Assembly (NCBI GenBank): GCA_964565875.1
Contig: CAZMGP010000020.1
Coordinates: 2,332 to 66,331, forward strand
Direction of reading: 5' to 3'
Length of the DNA stretch: 64,000 nt
Origin: an uncultured Enterobacteriaceae bacterium
GTDB lineage: Bacteria > Pseudomonadota > Gammaproteobacteria > Burkholderiales > SG8-39
Shown one piece after another: positions 19,202 to 29,103 of the stretch (position 1 is the first letter of the stretch; each line of letters opens with the position of its first letter). The notes under the pieces are model-generated. The model was not told the DNA's origin and searched no databases. It saw nothing but the letters and a program-made list of their open reading frames with translations. The translations under genes were made by a program, and so were the position numbers.

Positions 19202-19714
19202 GGCATATTGATGCCAGCGGCCGATGACGAAGGCGAGGAGCACGTTCGCCTGGGCCGCGCTGTCGGCATCGGCCGACATCTCGCCTTGCGTCGCCGCCAG
19301 GCGCAGCGACTGCTTGAGCGTCGCTTCCAGCCGGTCGTGCAGTTGGTTGATGCGCGCCTGCAGGCGCTGATCCTCGTTCACCAGCGCATCGCCGATGAGC
19401 ACACGCGTCATGCCGGGATTCTTTTCCGCGAACGACAGCAGCATGGCGGCGATGGCGTGGGTCTGCTTCAGCCCGCTGTCCTGCTCAGCCGAAATCTTGT
19501 TGATCAGGCCGAACACCGTTTCCTCGACGAAGCCGATCAGCCCTTCGTACATCTGTGCCTTGCTGGCGAAGTGGCGGTAGAGCGCGGCTTCGGATACGTC
19601 CAGCCGCGCGGCAAGCGCCGCCGTGGTGATCTTTTCGCCCTTGGGCGCTTCGAGCATTTCGGCCAGCACTTGCAGGATCTGGTTCTTGCGTTCGCCGGAG
19701 CGGGTCGCCATCAT
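19136..19714 (-). CDS. slmA: nucleoid occlusion factor SlmA-like TetR family regulator
   Basis: ORF 19136..19909 trimmed to the MMATRSGERKNQIL start (19714 or 19711). TetR helix-turn-helix ITTAALAARLDVSEAALYRHFASK. Conserved position next to argB and the pyrimidine nucleotidase gene. Confidence 0.8.
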   Translation of the reverse strand: MMATRSGERKNQILQVLAEMLEAPKGEKITTAALAARLDVSEAALYRHFASKAQMYEGLIGFVEETVFGLINKISAEQDSGLKQTHAIAAMLLSFAEKNPGMTRVLIGDALVNEDQRLQARINQLHDRLEATLKQSLRLAATQGEMSADADSAAQANVLLAFVIGRWHQYAKSGFKRLPTELWPKQAPLLLG

Positions 19715-19812
19715 CGCCTCGTTGAGTTTGCAGACCTGCGCGGATTCTAGCTTATACCGTAGGTAAGTGCTAACCTTTTTGCCTGCCCAGGCGACCCGGG
19801 CCGAACCCGCAG

Positions 19813-20454
19813 TTACAGCCCCAATTTGCCCGTGAGCCGCGGCAGGACGAGAACCGAGGCGATCTTCGCGTCGACATAGGCCGGACTGCGGTGCTCGCGC
19901 GACACCCACACCGTTTTCATCCCCAGGCGCTTGGCCGGCCGCAGGTTTTCGACGCTGTCTTCGACCATGACGCAGCGTGAGGCGATCAGGCGATGGCTGC
20001 GCAACAGGGAGCGGAATGCGGCGAGCGAGGGCTTGGGCTGGTAGCCGATCGACTCGATGCCGTGCACCGCGTGGAAATAGCCCTCCACGCCCATCAGACG
20101 CAGCACCGCCGAGGCGTAATGGCTGGGGGCATTCGACAGCACCAGTTTTCTACCCGGCAGCCGGCGCAGCATGGCCGCGATGCCGCGCTCGTACACCACC
20201 ATGTGGGCGAGGTCGGGAAACGCATGCGTCTCGCGCAGGAAATGCTCGGGATCGGTGCCGTGATGGCGGATCATGCCGAGCAGCGTCGCGCCGTAGTTGC
20301 GCCAATAGTGGCTGCGCAGCCTGCCCGCGTCTTCTTCCGTCAGCTGCAGATGCTGCTGCAGATACGCAGTCATGCTGCGATTGATGTGCGGGAAGATGTG
20401 CGGACTCGCGTCGTGCAGCGTGTTGTCGAGGTCGAATATCCAGGTAGCCGACAT
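19813..20454 (-). CDS. pyrimidine 5'-nucleotidase (HAD superfamily)
   Basis: 213-aa ORF with HAD motif I (FDLDNTLHD) and a later VEDS motif. Confidence 0.8.
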   Translation of the reverse strand: MSATWIFDLDNTLHDASPHIFPHINRSMTAYLQQHLQLTEEDAGRLRSHYWRNYGATLLGMIRHHGTDPEHFLRETHAFPDLAHMVVYERGIAAMLRRLPGRKLVLSNAPSHYASAVLRLMGVEGYFHAVHGIESIGYQPKPSLAAFRSLLRSHRLIASRCVMVEDSVENLRPAKRLGMKTVWVSREHRSPAYVDAKIASVLVLPRLTGKLGL

Positions 20455-20470
20455 GATTTGCGCGTTTCAA

Positions 20471-20556
20471 CCAAAACCCCGCTGCGAAATTGATTTTGCA
20501 GCGGCCAAATTAGGGGAGTATGAGGGGAGGTATCCCCTCATCTTCATTACGCTCTA
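20471..20556 (+). repeat. two-hairpin intergenic repeat element, copy A
   Basis: Hairpin 1 at 20478-20503 (CCGCTGCGAAA/TTTTGCAGCGG), a 15-nt spacer CCAAATTAGGGGAGT, and hairpin 2 at 20519-20540 (ATGAGGGGA-GGTA-TCCCCTCAT). Same architecture as the copies at 42131 and 43491. Confidence 0.85.
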
Positions 20557-20566
20557 AAATCGAATC

Positions 20567-21025
20567 ATGTGGCTGACGCGAAATTTCTCTCTCTCTCAAC
20601 TGACTTATTCGGAAACCGCCGAGCGCGAGCGCATCGACAATACGCCCGGCGCCGACGTCCGCGCAAACCTCGCGCGGCTCGCCCAAGGCCTGGAGCAGGT
20701 GCAGGCACTCACCGGGCATCCGCTGGACATCAGCAGCGCCTATCGCTCGCCCGAACTCAACCGGCGCATCGGCGGCGCGGCATCGTCGCAACATACGCGG
20801 GGCGAAGCCGCCGATTTCACCTGCGCCGCATTCGGTCCGCCGCTCGCCGTCGTCAAGGCGATCCGCGACTCCGACATCGAATTCGACCAGTGCATTCTCG
20901 AATACGCGCGCTGGGTGCACGTTTCGTTCAGCAGCCTGCCGCGCGGCAAGATCCTCAGCATTTACGACGCGCAAGAAGGCTATCTCGACGGCTTGTGGGA
21001 CGAAGAGCGCCGGCTGATCGCGTAA
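20567..21025 (+). CDS. peptidase M15 family (D-Ala-D-Ala carboxypeptidase / endolysin-like) metallopeptidase
   Basis: 152-aa ORF with SAYRSPELN and SQHTRGEAADF (zinc-ligand pattern H-x6-D) and a later WVHVS. No signal peptide. Confidence 0.75.
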   Translation: MWLTRNFSLSQLTYSETAERERIDNTPGADVRANLARLAQGLEQVQALTGHPLDISSAYRSPELNRRIGGAASSQHTRGEAADFTCAAFGPPLAVVKAIRDSDIEFDQCILEYARWVHVSFSSLPRGKILSIYDAQEGYLDGLWDEERRLIA

Positions 21026-21074
21026 GCGACGCGCCTCCGAGACCCGCGCGACTGCGCAACTCGGAACGGCAAGT

Positions 21075-21977
<903 letters not shown>

Positions 21978-22088
21978 CTAATTCGGTTAGCTTGCGCCGG
22001 GCGTGCCCCGGCGGCACGCGCGCTATTCTAACAGGCTGTCGAAAAACGCTTCCCGACTACTAACGATACGGATAGCGCTGCAGAATAA

Positions 22089-22114
22089 GAAAAGGCGGCC
22101 AGCGGCCGCCTTTT
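22089..22114 (-). terminator. bidirectional rho-independent terminator (after the PCuAC gene)
   Basis: AAAAGGCGGCC-AGC-GGCCGCCTTTT. On the minus strand the stem is followed by TTTTCTTATT. Confidence 0.65.
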
Positions 22115-22190
22115 GGTACCCGACCGAACGGGAATTACTGATATGGGGAGCGCTGTTCCGGTTTCAAGTGAGCGGCGCGGAGCACTTTCT

Positions 22191-22679
22191 TTAGTGTGAG
22201 TGCGAATGCGAAGGCGGCGCAGAGGCAGCGAGATCGCGCACCTCGGCTTTGATCTCGATAGTCTTGAACGATTTGTCCTTGGATTCGAAGCGCAGCCTGA
22301 TCGGCACCGCTTCGCCTTTCTTCAGCGGCTGCTTCAGGTCCATCAGCATGACGTGGTAGCCGCCCGGCTTCAGTTCCACCGATGTGCCCGCAGGCAGGTC
22401 CAGCCGCGGGATCGGGCGCATCTTCATCACGTCGTTCTCGAGCTTCATTTCGTGGATCTGCACCGAGCCGGCGACCGGGCTCTCCAGCGACACCAGCGTC
22501 GCCGATTCCGTCGCCGTGAGCTGCATGAACGCACCCGTCGCCTTCTGCCCGCGCACGGTCCCGCGCACCCAAGGCTCCTTGATCGTCACCTCTTGCGCAT
22601 GGACGACGCTGGTCGGCAGACCGCTGCCGATGACCAGGCCGATGGAACCGAACAAGACGGCTCGCGTGGAATGTTTCAT
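22191..22679 (-). CDS. periplasmic copper chaperone PCu(A)C (DUF461) with His-rich tail
   Basis: ORF trimmed to the MKHSTRAV start at 22679, with GGAG 6 nt upstream. Signal peptide, H(M)x10M-like GGYHVMLM motif and a C-terminal SHSHSH. Confidence 0.8.
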   Translation of the reverse strand: MKHSTRAVLFGSIGLVIGSGLPTSVVHAQEVTIKEPWVRGTVRGQKATGAFMQLTATESATLVSLESPVAGSVQIHEMKLENDVMKMRPIPRLDLPAGTSVELKPGGYHVMLMDLKQPLKKGEAVPIRLRFESKDKSFKTIEIKAEVRDLAASAPPSHSHSH

Positions 22680-22697
22680 GTCAGTCTCCATTCAAAG

Positions 22698-24050
22698 TTA
22701 CAGCACATAACGCGCAAGGTCTTCCGACTGCGCCAGTTCCTTCAGCCGCGCGTCGACGTAGCCTGCGTCTATGGTGATGGTCTGCTCGTCGCGCTTGCCG
22801 GCGTCGAACGAGATTTCCTCAAGCAGCTTCTCCATCACCGTATATAAGCGTCTGGCACCGATGTTCTCGGTCTTTTCGTTCACCGCGAACGCGATCTCGG
22901 CCAAGCGCCGGATGCCTTCGGCCTGGAACACGAGCTTCACCCCCTCGGTCTCGAGCAGCGCCTGATACTGGCGCGTCAGGCAGGCGTCGGTCTGGGTGAG
23001 GATGCTTTCGAAATCGGCGACCGAGAGCGAATCGAGTTCCACACGGATCGGCAACCGCCCTTGCAGTTCGGGAATGAGGTCGGAGGGCTTGGCCATGTGG
23101 AAGGCCCCGCTCGCGATGAATAGGATGTGGTCGGTCTTCACCATGCCGTACTTGGTCGAGACCGTGGTCCCTTCGACCAGAGGCAGCAGATCGCGCTGCA
23201 CCCCTTGGCGCGACACGTCGGCGCCCGCCATTTCCGAGCGGCTCGCGATCTTGTCGATTTCGTCGATGAAAACGATGCCGTTCTGCTCGACATTCGCCAC
23301 GGCGCGCGTCTTCAAGTCTTCGTCGTTCACCAGGCGCGCGGCTTCCTCCTCGGCAACGAGCTTCAGCGCCTCGCGAATCTTCAGCTTGCGCGTCTTCTTG
23401 CGCCCGCCGGCGAGGTTTTGCATCATGCCCTGGATCTGCGAGGTGAGCTCTTCCATGCCGGGCGGGGCGAAGATTTCCATCTGCGGCTGTGCCGCGGCCA
23501 CTTCGATCTCGATCTCCTTTTCGTCGAGCTCGCCTTCGCGCAGCTTCTTGCGGAACTTCTGCCGCGTCGCAGACGCGTCCCCGCCCTCGGCCGCAGCGTG
23601 CCCCGCCTGGCCCTCGAAACCGAAGCTCTGGCGCGCGCTCGGCAACAGTGCGTCGAGCACGCGCTCCTCGGCCGCGTCCTCGGCGCGAGTCCGCACCATG
23701 CGCATCGCCTGTTCGCGCGTCTGCTTGACGCTGATCTCCACCAGGTCGCGCACGATGGTGTCGACGTCGCGGCCGACATAGCCGACTTCGGTGAACTTGG
23801 TCGCCTCGACCTTGATGAAGGGTGCGTCTGCGAGCTTCGCCAGCCGCCGCGCGATCTCGGTCTTGCCCACGCCGGTGGGGCCGATCATGAGGATGTTCTT
23901 GGGCGTAATTTCGTGGCGCAGCGGCTCCGCCACCTGCTGCCTGCGCCAGCGGCTGCGCAGCGCGATCGCGACCGCGCGCTTGGCGCGGTCCTGACCGATG
24001 ATGTGCTTATCCAGCTCGTGCACGATTTCCTGCGGGTTCATATGCGACAT
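22698..24050 (-). CDS. hslU: ATP-dependent protease ATPase subunit HslU
   Basis: ORF 22698..24146 trimmed to the [20 protein letters not shown] start at 24050. Walker A motif [15 protein letters not shown]. Confidence 0.95.
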   Translation of the reverse strand: MSHMNPQEIVHELDKHIIGQDRAKRAVAIALRSRWRRQQVAEPLRHEITPKNILMIGPTGVGKTEIARRLAKLADAPFIKVEATKFTEVGYVGRDVDTIVRDLVEISVKQTREQAMRMVRTRAEDAAEERVLDALLPSARQSFGFEGQAGHAAAEGGDASATRQKFRKKLREGELDEKEIEIEVAAAQPQMEIFAPPGMEELTSQIQGMMQNLAGGRKKTRKLKIREALKLVAEEEAARLVNDEDLKTRAVANVEQNGIVFIDEIDKIASRSEMAGADVSRQGVQRDLLPLVEGTTVSTKYGMVKTDHILFIASGAFHMAKPSDLIPELQGRLPIRVELDSLSVADFESILTQTDACLTRQYQALLETEGVKLVFQAEGIRRLAEIAFAVNEKTENIGARRLYTVMEKLLEEISFDAGKRDEQTITIDAGYVDARLKELAQSEDLARYVL

Positions 24051-24100
24051 TTTGGTCGATGCTTCGGGCAGGGCCGCCGGCGGCGCCCCGCTCGCCTTCC

Positions 24101-24637
24101 TCAATCCAGGGTTTCGATCACGAGCTGTTGGTTGGTGTAAATGCAAATGTCGCCGGCAATGGCAAGCGACTTCGCCACGATTTCCGCCGGCGCGAGCGCC
24201 GTGTTTTCCAGCAGTCCGCGCGCCGCCGCCTGGGCATATGGTCCGCCCGAGCCGATGGCGATCAGACCGAATTCGGGTTCCAGCACGTCTCCCGCGCCGG
24301 TGATGACGAGCGAGGTTTCGCGGTCGACCACCGCCAGCATTGCCTCCAGCCGCCGCAGCATGCGATCGGTACGCCAGTCCTTGGCCAGTTCGACTGCCGA
24401 GCGCAGCAGATTGCCCTGATGCTTCTCCAGTTTCGCCTCGAAGCGCTCGAACAGCGTGAACGCGTCGGCGGTGCCGCCGGCGAATCCGGCCAGAATGCGG
24501 TCGTGATAGAGGCGCCTCACCTTGCGCGCGCCGGCCTTGATCACGATATTGCCCAACGTGACCTGGCCGTCCCCGCCTAGCGCGACCGTCTGACCGCGCC
24601 GCACGGATAGGATGGTGGTGCCGCGGAATTGTTCCAT
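24101..24637 (-). CDS. hslV: ATP-dependent protease subunit HslV
   Basis: 178-aa ORF with the N-terminal GTTILSVRR catalytic Thr motif. Confidence 0.95.
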   Translation of the reverse strand: MEQFRGTTILSVRRGQTVALGGDGQVTLGNIVIKAGARKVRRLYHDRILAGFAGGTADAFTLFERFEAKLEKHQGNLLRSAVELAKDWRTDRMLRRLEAMLAVVDRETSLVITGAGDVLEPEFGLIAIGSGGPYAQAAARGLLENTALAPAEIVAKSLAIAGDICIYTNQQLVIETLD

Positions 24638-24688
24638 AAATTGGTCTGGAATCCTAGATTTATGAATGTTGGGGCGGAATCGGGAGAA

Positions 24689-25459
24689 TCAAGCTGCATG
24701 CTCCCGCCCAGGGCGGCGCTGGAACGCTGCCGCCAGCAGCGCAATCAGCGCCATCGCCCAGACGATCATGGCGCCCGAGGGAAGGTCGAGCCAAAGCGAA
24801 GCGGCGAGCCCTAAGCCGTAGCCGGCGAGCCCTACGGCATACGCCCTGGCGTGGCGCCGGCTCGAGACGTAGCAGGTCGCGAGCGCAGGCAAGACGAGCG
24901 ATGCGAACACCAGATACAGGCCGACCAACTGCACCGAAAACGTCACCGCGCAGGCGAACAGGCCATAGAACCCGACCCGGCCCATGCGCGAGCGCAGGCC
25001 GAACCAGACGGCGAGGATCGCTGCGTAGAGTAAGGCTTCGCGCGGCAGCCTGGCCGGACTCACCCACAATATCTGTCCTACCAGCAGATCCTTCAAATGC
25101 TCGCCGCCGTGGGGATTGCTCGCCAGCAGCAGGATGGCGCCGCTCGCCCCGAGCGCAAAGACGACGCCGATGATCGCTTCCTGCACTTCCGGCCAGCGCC
25201 GCTCGGTCCAAGTAAGCAGGAAGGCGGTCGCGAGCGCCGCCGCCAAGGCCGATATCTGGACCGCGGCACCTTGCGGCTCCCAGCCTAGAAAATCGGCGAA
25301 AATGACGCCAACTCCGGCGATCTGGGCGACAGCGAGATCGATGAACACGATGCCGCGCTTGAGCACCTCGAAGCCGAACGGAACCAGGGCGGCAGTCACG
25401 AGTATCCCTGCGGCAAAGGCCGGGCCGAGGATAGAGAGGGTTTCCGCGGCCTGGTTCAT
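24689..25459 (-). CDS. metal (Zn/Mn-type) ABC transporter permease, ZnuB-like
   Basis: 256-aa polytopic ORF with ABC-3 family permease sequence. It looks intact. ATGA overlap with the upstream binding-protein remnant. Confidence 0.8.
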   Translation of the reverse strand: MNQAAETLSILGPAFAAGILVTAALVPFGFEVLKRGIVFIDLAVAQIAGVGVIFADFLGWEPQGAAVQISALAAALATAFLLTWTERRWPEVQEAIIGVVFALGASGAILLLASNPHGGEHLKDLLVGQILWVSPARLPREALLYAAILAVWFGLRSRMGRVGFYGLFACAVTFSVQLVGLYLVFASLVLPALATCYVSSRRHARAYAVGLAGYGLGLAASLWLDLPSGAMIVWAMALIALLAAAFQRRPGREHAA

Positions 25460-25819
25460 TTGGCCACCGTCAGCAGGCGCGCGAGAGTGTCGTCGAACAG
25501 CCCGAACAAGTCCTTCGCCCGCTCGCTCCCGCCCACGGTGAAGGGCAGCATCAGCGCGGGAATGCCGGTGCGCGAGGACAGGAATTCTGTCGCCTGCGGA
25601 TTATTGTAGGCGACATAGACGATGGCCTTCGCCCGCTGCGCGCGCATGCGTTCGACCAGTTCCGCGAGATGCGCCGTGGTCGGCGGTATGCCCGGCTTGG
25701 GCTCGAGCCCCCCCCACTTGCCGCAGGCCGAGCCAGGCATTGAGATAGCTCATGTTCTGGTGGTAGACGACAAGCGTCATGCCCCTCAACGGAGCCGCCT
25801 CCTGTTCCCGGCGCCGCGT
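25456..25819 (-). pseudogene. C-terminal remnant of a ZnuA/TroA-like metal-binding protein gene (N-terminal half missing, +1 frameshift in a G8 run)
   Basis: Two frames together read ...PLRGMTLVVYHQNMSYLNAWLGLRQVGG / LEPKPGIPPTTAHLAELVERMRAQRAKAIVYVAYNNPQ...LLTVAK*. The frame break coincides with the C8 run at 25708-25715. There is no signal peptide and no N-terminal lobe. Confidence 0.65.
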
Positions 25820-26205
25820 TGCCTCGCCCCCGCTGGGGACGAAGCCGGTGATGCCGAGCTTGGCCGGATCCTGCGACAGGTTGCTGTACACGCCGTTCAG
25901 GATCACCGACACCGCTGGGTTGAAGGCGGACTCGGAAGCGGGGCGGCTGCCCGCCTGCACCGCGGCCGACTCGGCTTTCGCCGCCTCACTTCCGCCCGCG
26001 AGGCGGCGCCCTCGGCTGCGCGCGTCTTGCCTTCGGCCTGCTGCAGGCGCTTTTCCAGCGCCTCGATGCGGCGCTCGTACTCCTGCTTCAACTGCTGTAT
26101 CTGCTCGCGCAGTTCCTTCATCTCGACATCGGTCACGGCCTGCGCCACGCCGGGCAGGGCCATGACGGCGGCCAAGCCGCCCGCAATCAATGTTTTCCTT
26201 TTCAT
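25820..26205 (-). pseudogene. N-terminal remnant of an outer-membrane (porin-like, coiled-coil leader) protein gene fused to the binding-protein remnant
   Basis: MKRKTLIAGGLAAVMALPGVAQA signal with an AAGGAA RBS, then a coiled coil (MKELREQIQQLKQEYERRIEALEKRLQQAE), then in another frame AFNPAVSVILNGVYSNLSQDPAKLGITGFVPSGGEA. The reading then runs straight into SBP-like sequence and the barrel body is absent. Confidence 0.5.
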
Positions 26206-26371
26206 GTCGATTTCCTTCCAGTTCGTTGCGGCAAACGCGGACGGGATCTCTCCAGTGTCGCGTATTGCCATAGACTCAAGCACCCGTTGCGCGGTCACGC
26301 GCAACTCAAGACGGCAGGGACGGAGCCATGGCAGCCAAGCGGGCGCGAGCCCGCCTACAGCGCACTGCTAG

Positions 26372-26695
26372 CTAGGCTGCGGGCGGAGGCGCCCGCGCAG
26401 GAAGGCGATAGAGCGAGGAGACATGCGCGTCGACGAGCTCGCGCGGCAGCAGTTCGCCGTGCAGGGCCGCGCAGGGAACGAGACCCAGGCTCGCCGTCAG
26501 CGCGCTATCGACGGCATGGAAGGCGATGCACTGTTCGATCGGATGCGAAGGCGCCTTGCCTTTGTGCGGCTGCGCCAACTGCTCCTCGGCATGCGCGAGC
26601 GCGTGCATCAGCGCCGCCTGCTGCGCGAACAGCACCATGGCGGCGACGAAGAAGCACTTGATGAGGCTTGCGCTGCGGTCGCGGGTTTTCAGCAT
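26372..26695 (-). CDS. DUF2946-like small protein (metal-homeostasis neighbourhood)
   Basis: 107-aa ORF with one TM helix, an ALMHALAHA motif and scattered Cys/His. Adjacent to the COG0523 GTPase and the transporter remnant. The family call is tentative. Confidence 0.4.
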   Translation of the reverse strand: MLKTRDRSASLIKCFFVAAMVLFAQQAALMHALAHAEEQLAQPHKGKAPSHPIEQCIAFHAVDSALTASLGLVPCAALHGELLPRELVDAHVSSLYRLPARAPPPAA

Positions 26696-26794
26696 CGCGC
26701 GATTCTAGCAGCTTGCAGCTAAACGAGGCATCTTGCCGCGAGGCGGCACCGGCCCTTCAGCACGCCAGCAAGGCTTGAGCTCCGGCTCACCCGG

Positions 26795-27778
26795 CTACGC
26801 GGCAAGGCATTGGCTGAGCCCCTGCTCGAACAGCTCCTGCGGCAGGTTCCTGCCGATGAACACCAGCACGCTCGCGCGCTTCTCGTCCGGCCCCCAGGGC
26901 TTGCCCATGTCTCCGCCCATGAGCATATGCACCCCCTGGAATACCACGCGGTTCGCGTTGTCGGCGAGCCAGAGCACGCCCTTGTAGCGCAGCATGTCCT
27001 GGCCGTAGACCTGGATCATGCCGGAGAGGAATTCCTCGAGTTTGGCTCCGTCGAAAGGCTGCTCGGCGCGGTAGACGAAGGAATGCACTGCGTCGTCGTG
27101 CTCGTGCTCGCCTTCCTCGAGAAAGTCGGGCGCGATTTCCAGTATTGCGTTGAGGTTGAAGCCGCGGATGTCGAGGATGTCGGCGAGCGGGGTGTTGCCG
27201 AAATGCACTGGCTTGATCGGCGCGCGCGGATTCATTTTCGTCAGGCGCGCCTTGAGCCGCTCCGCGTCCTCAGCGCTCACCAAATCGGTTTTCGAGAGCA
27301 GGATGCGGTCGGCGAATCCGATCTGCTCCTGCGCCTCGCGGAATTCGTCGAGCTGGCGCTCGGCGTGCTTGGCATCGACCAGGGTGAGGACGGAATCGAG
27401 CAGGTAATAGTCGCCGATGTCCTCGTCCATGAAGAAGGTCTGCGCCACCGGACCGGGGTCAGCCATGCCGGTGGTCTCGATGATGACGCGCTCGAAAGCC
27501 AGGGTCTTCGCTTCGCGCTTCGCCTGCAGTTCAGCGAGGATGCGCACCAGATCGCCGCGCACGGTGCAGCAGACGCAGCCGTTGTTCATCTCGACGATCT
27601 GCTCGCCTGCGTCCTGCACCAGCAGCTCGTTGTCGATCCCTGCTTCGCCGAACTCGTTTTCGATCACCGCGATGCGGTGGCCGTGTTGCTCCTTGAGGAT
27701 GCGGTTCAACAGTGTTGTCTTACCGCTTCCCAAGAAGCCGGTGAGTATGGTCACCGGCACCATTTCCTGTGGTTTCAT
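26795..27778 (-). CDS. COG0523 (CobW/ZigA-like) metallochaperone GTPase
   Basis: 327-aa ORF with P-loop [12 protein letters not shown], the CVCCT metal-binding motif and a His-rich linker EGEHEHDD. Confidence 0.9.
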   Translation of the reverse strand: MKPQEMVPVTILTGFLGSGKTTLLNRILKEQHGHRIAVIENEFGEAGIDNELLVQDAGEQIVEMNNGCVCCTVRGDLVRILAELQAKREAKTLAFERVIIETTGMADPGPVAQTFFMDEDIGDYYLLDSVLTLVDAKHAERQLDEFREAQEQIGFADRILLSKTDLVSAEDAERLKARLTKMNPRAPIKPVHFGNTPLADILDIRGFNLNAILEIAPDFLEEGEHEHDDAVHSFVYRAEQPFDGAKLEEFLSGMIQVYGQDMLRYKGVLWLADNANRVVFQGVHMLMGGDMGKPWGPDEKRASVLVFIGRNLPQELFEQGLSQCLAA

Positions 27779-27877
27779 ATCCGTTTCAAGCCAGAGATCG
27801 CAGCTCGCGGCACCTGCCGCCGATTGGAGTCGCGCATTATCCTCCAGTTTCCGCGGCGAGACGGAAAATGAGGCGCG

Positions 27878-29062
27878 TCAGCGCCGCAGCAGCAGGCCTT
27901 TGAGGTACTCCCCCTCCGGGAAAGCGAGCAGCACCGGATGGTCGGCGGCGGCGGAGAAGCGCCCGACGATGGAGGCGTCGACGCCGGCATCAAGCGCCGC
28001 ACCGGCGAGGATCTTCTGGAACAGGTCGACCGAGACGCCGCCCGAACAGGAGAAGCTCGCCATCAGACCGCCGGGACGCAGCAGCTTGAACGCGAGCAGA
28101 TTGATGTCCTTGTAGCCGCGCGCGGCCTTTTCCGCAAACGCCGCGGTCGGCGCGAACTTCGGCGGATCGAGCACGATCAGATCGAAGCTCTTCCCCTGGT
28201 CGCGCAGCAGCCGCAGGTGTTTGAACACGTCGGCCTCCTGCCACTCGGCGCGCTCCTCATCCAGGCCGTTCGCGCATAAGTTCTCGTGCGCGATTGCCAG
28301 CGCCGCCGCCGAGCTGTCGACCGAGAGCACCGAGCGCGCGCCGCCGGCGAGCGCGCTCAAGCTGAAGCCGCCCGTGTAACAGAAGCAGTTGAGCACCTCG
28401 CGGTCGCGGGCGAGCTCGCCGATGCGCTTGCGGTTTTCGCGCTGATCGAGATAGAAGCCCGTCTTGTGGCCGTGTTGGACATCGACCGCATACACGAGGC
28501 CGTGTTCGCGCAGGCGCACGCCGGCGCCCGGCAGCTCGCCCCAGAGCAGGCCGGTGCGCGCCGGCAGGCTCTCGAGTTCGCGCGTATCCGCATCCGAGCG
28601 CTCGTAGCCGCAGGCGCAGCCGGTGAGCTCGCGCAAGGCGGCGGCGAGCTCCCGCTTCCAGCGCTCCGCGCCCGCTGACAGGAGTTGCAGCACCACCACG
28701 TCGCCATAGCGGTCGACGATGACGCCGGGCAGGCCGTCGGATTCACCGTGCACCAGGCGCAGCGCGTCGCTCGCTTCCGCCGGGACCAACGCGGCGCGCG
28801 CTGCAATCGCCCGTTCAAGGCGCGCGGCGAGGAAATCGGCGTCGACGCCCTCGCCTTCCTCCCAGCTCCAGACGCGTGCGCGGATCTGCGATGCGGGGCT
28901 GTAGGCGGCCCAGGCGAGGAATGCGCCTGCAGCGGAGCGCACGGCAACGGTGTCGCCCGACTGCGGCTCGCCTTTAACGCGTTCGACCGCGCCGGAAAAT
29001 ATCCAGGGATGGCGTCGCGCCAGCGACTTTTCACGACCGGGCTTGAGGATCAGCTGTTTCAT
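27878..29062 (-). CDS. rlmI: 23S rRNA (cytosine1962-C5)-methyltransferase RlmI-like
   Basis: ORF 27878..29716 trimmed to the MKQLILKPGREKS start at 29062. PUA-like N-terminus and a SAM methyltransferase domain with DPPKFA. Confidence 0.85.
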   Translation of the reverse strand: MKQLILKPGREKSLARRHPWIFSGAVERVKGEPQSGDTVAVRSAAGAFLAWAAYSPASQIRARVWSWEEGEGVDADFLAARLERAIAARAALVPAEASDALRLVHGESDGLPGVIVDRYGDVVVLQLLSAGAERWKRELAAALRELTGCACGYERSDADTRELESLPARTGLLWGELPGAGVRLREHGLVYAVDVQHGHKTGFYLDQRENRKRIGELARDREVLNCFCYTGGFSLSALAGGARSVLSVDSSAAALAIAHENLCANGLDEERAEWQEADVFKHLRLLRDQGKSFDLIVLDPPKFAPTAAFAEKAARGYKDINLLAFKLLRPGGLMASFSCSGGVSVDLFQKILAGAALDAGVDASIVGRFSAAADHPVLLAFPEGEYLKGLLLRR

Positions 29063-29103
29063 GGGCCGGGATGATAAGGCCGATTCACGCCGCGCGACGG
29101 GTT

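Noticed and set aside
20567-21025. M15 endolysin-like peptidase as evidence for a prophage.
   Set aside because: It is a single gene flanked by core genes (pyrimidine nucleotidase, argB). No other phage-like ORFs are present.
26286-26305. Palindrome GTTGCGCG-GTCA-CGCGCAAC upstream of the outer-membrane gene remnant, considered as a Zur/Fur-type operator.
   Set aside because: It is GC-rich and unlike the AT-rich Zur/Fur box consensus. It lies just downstream of the DUF2946-like gene and is more simply a weak terminator-type hairpin. There is not enough evidence to call it either way.
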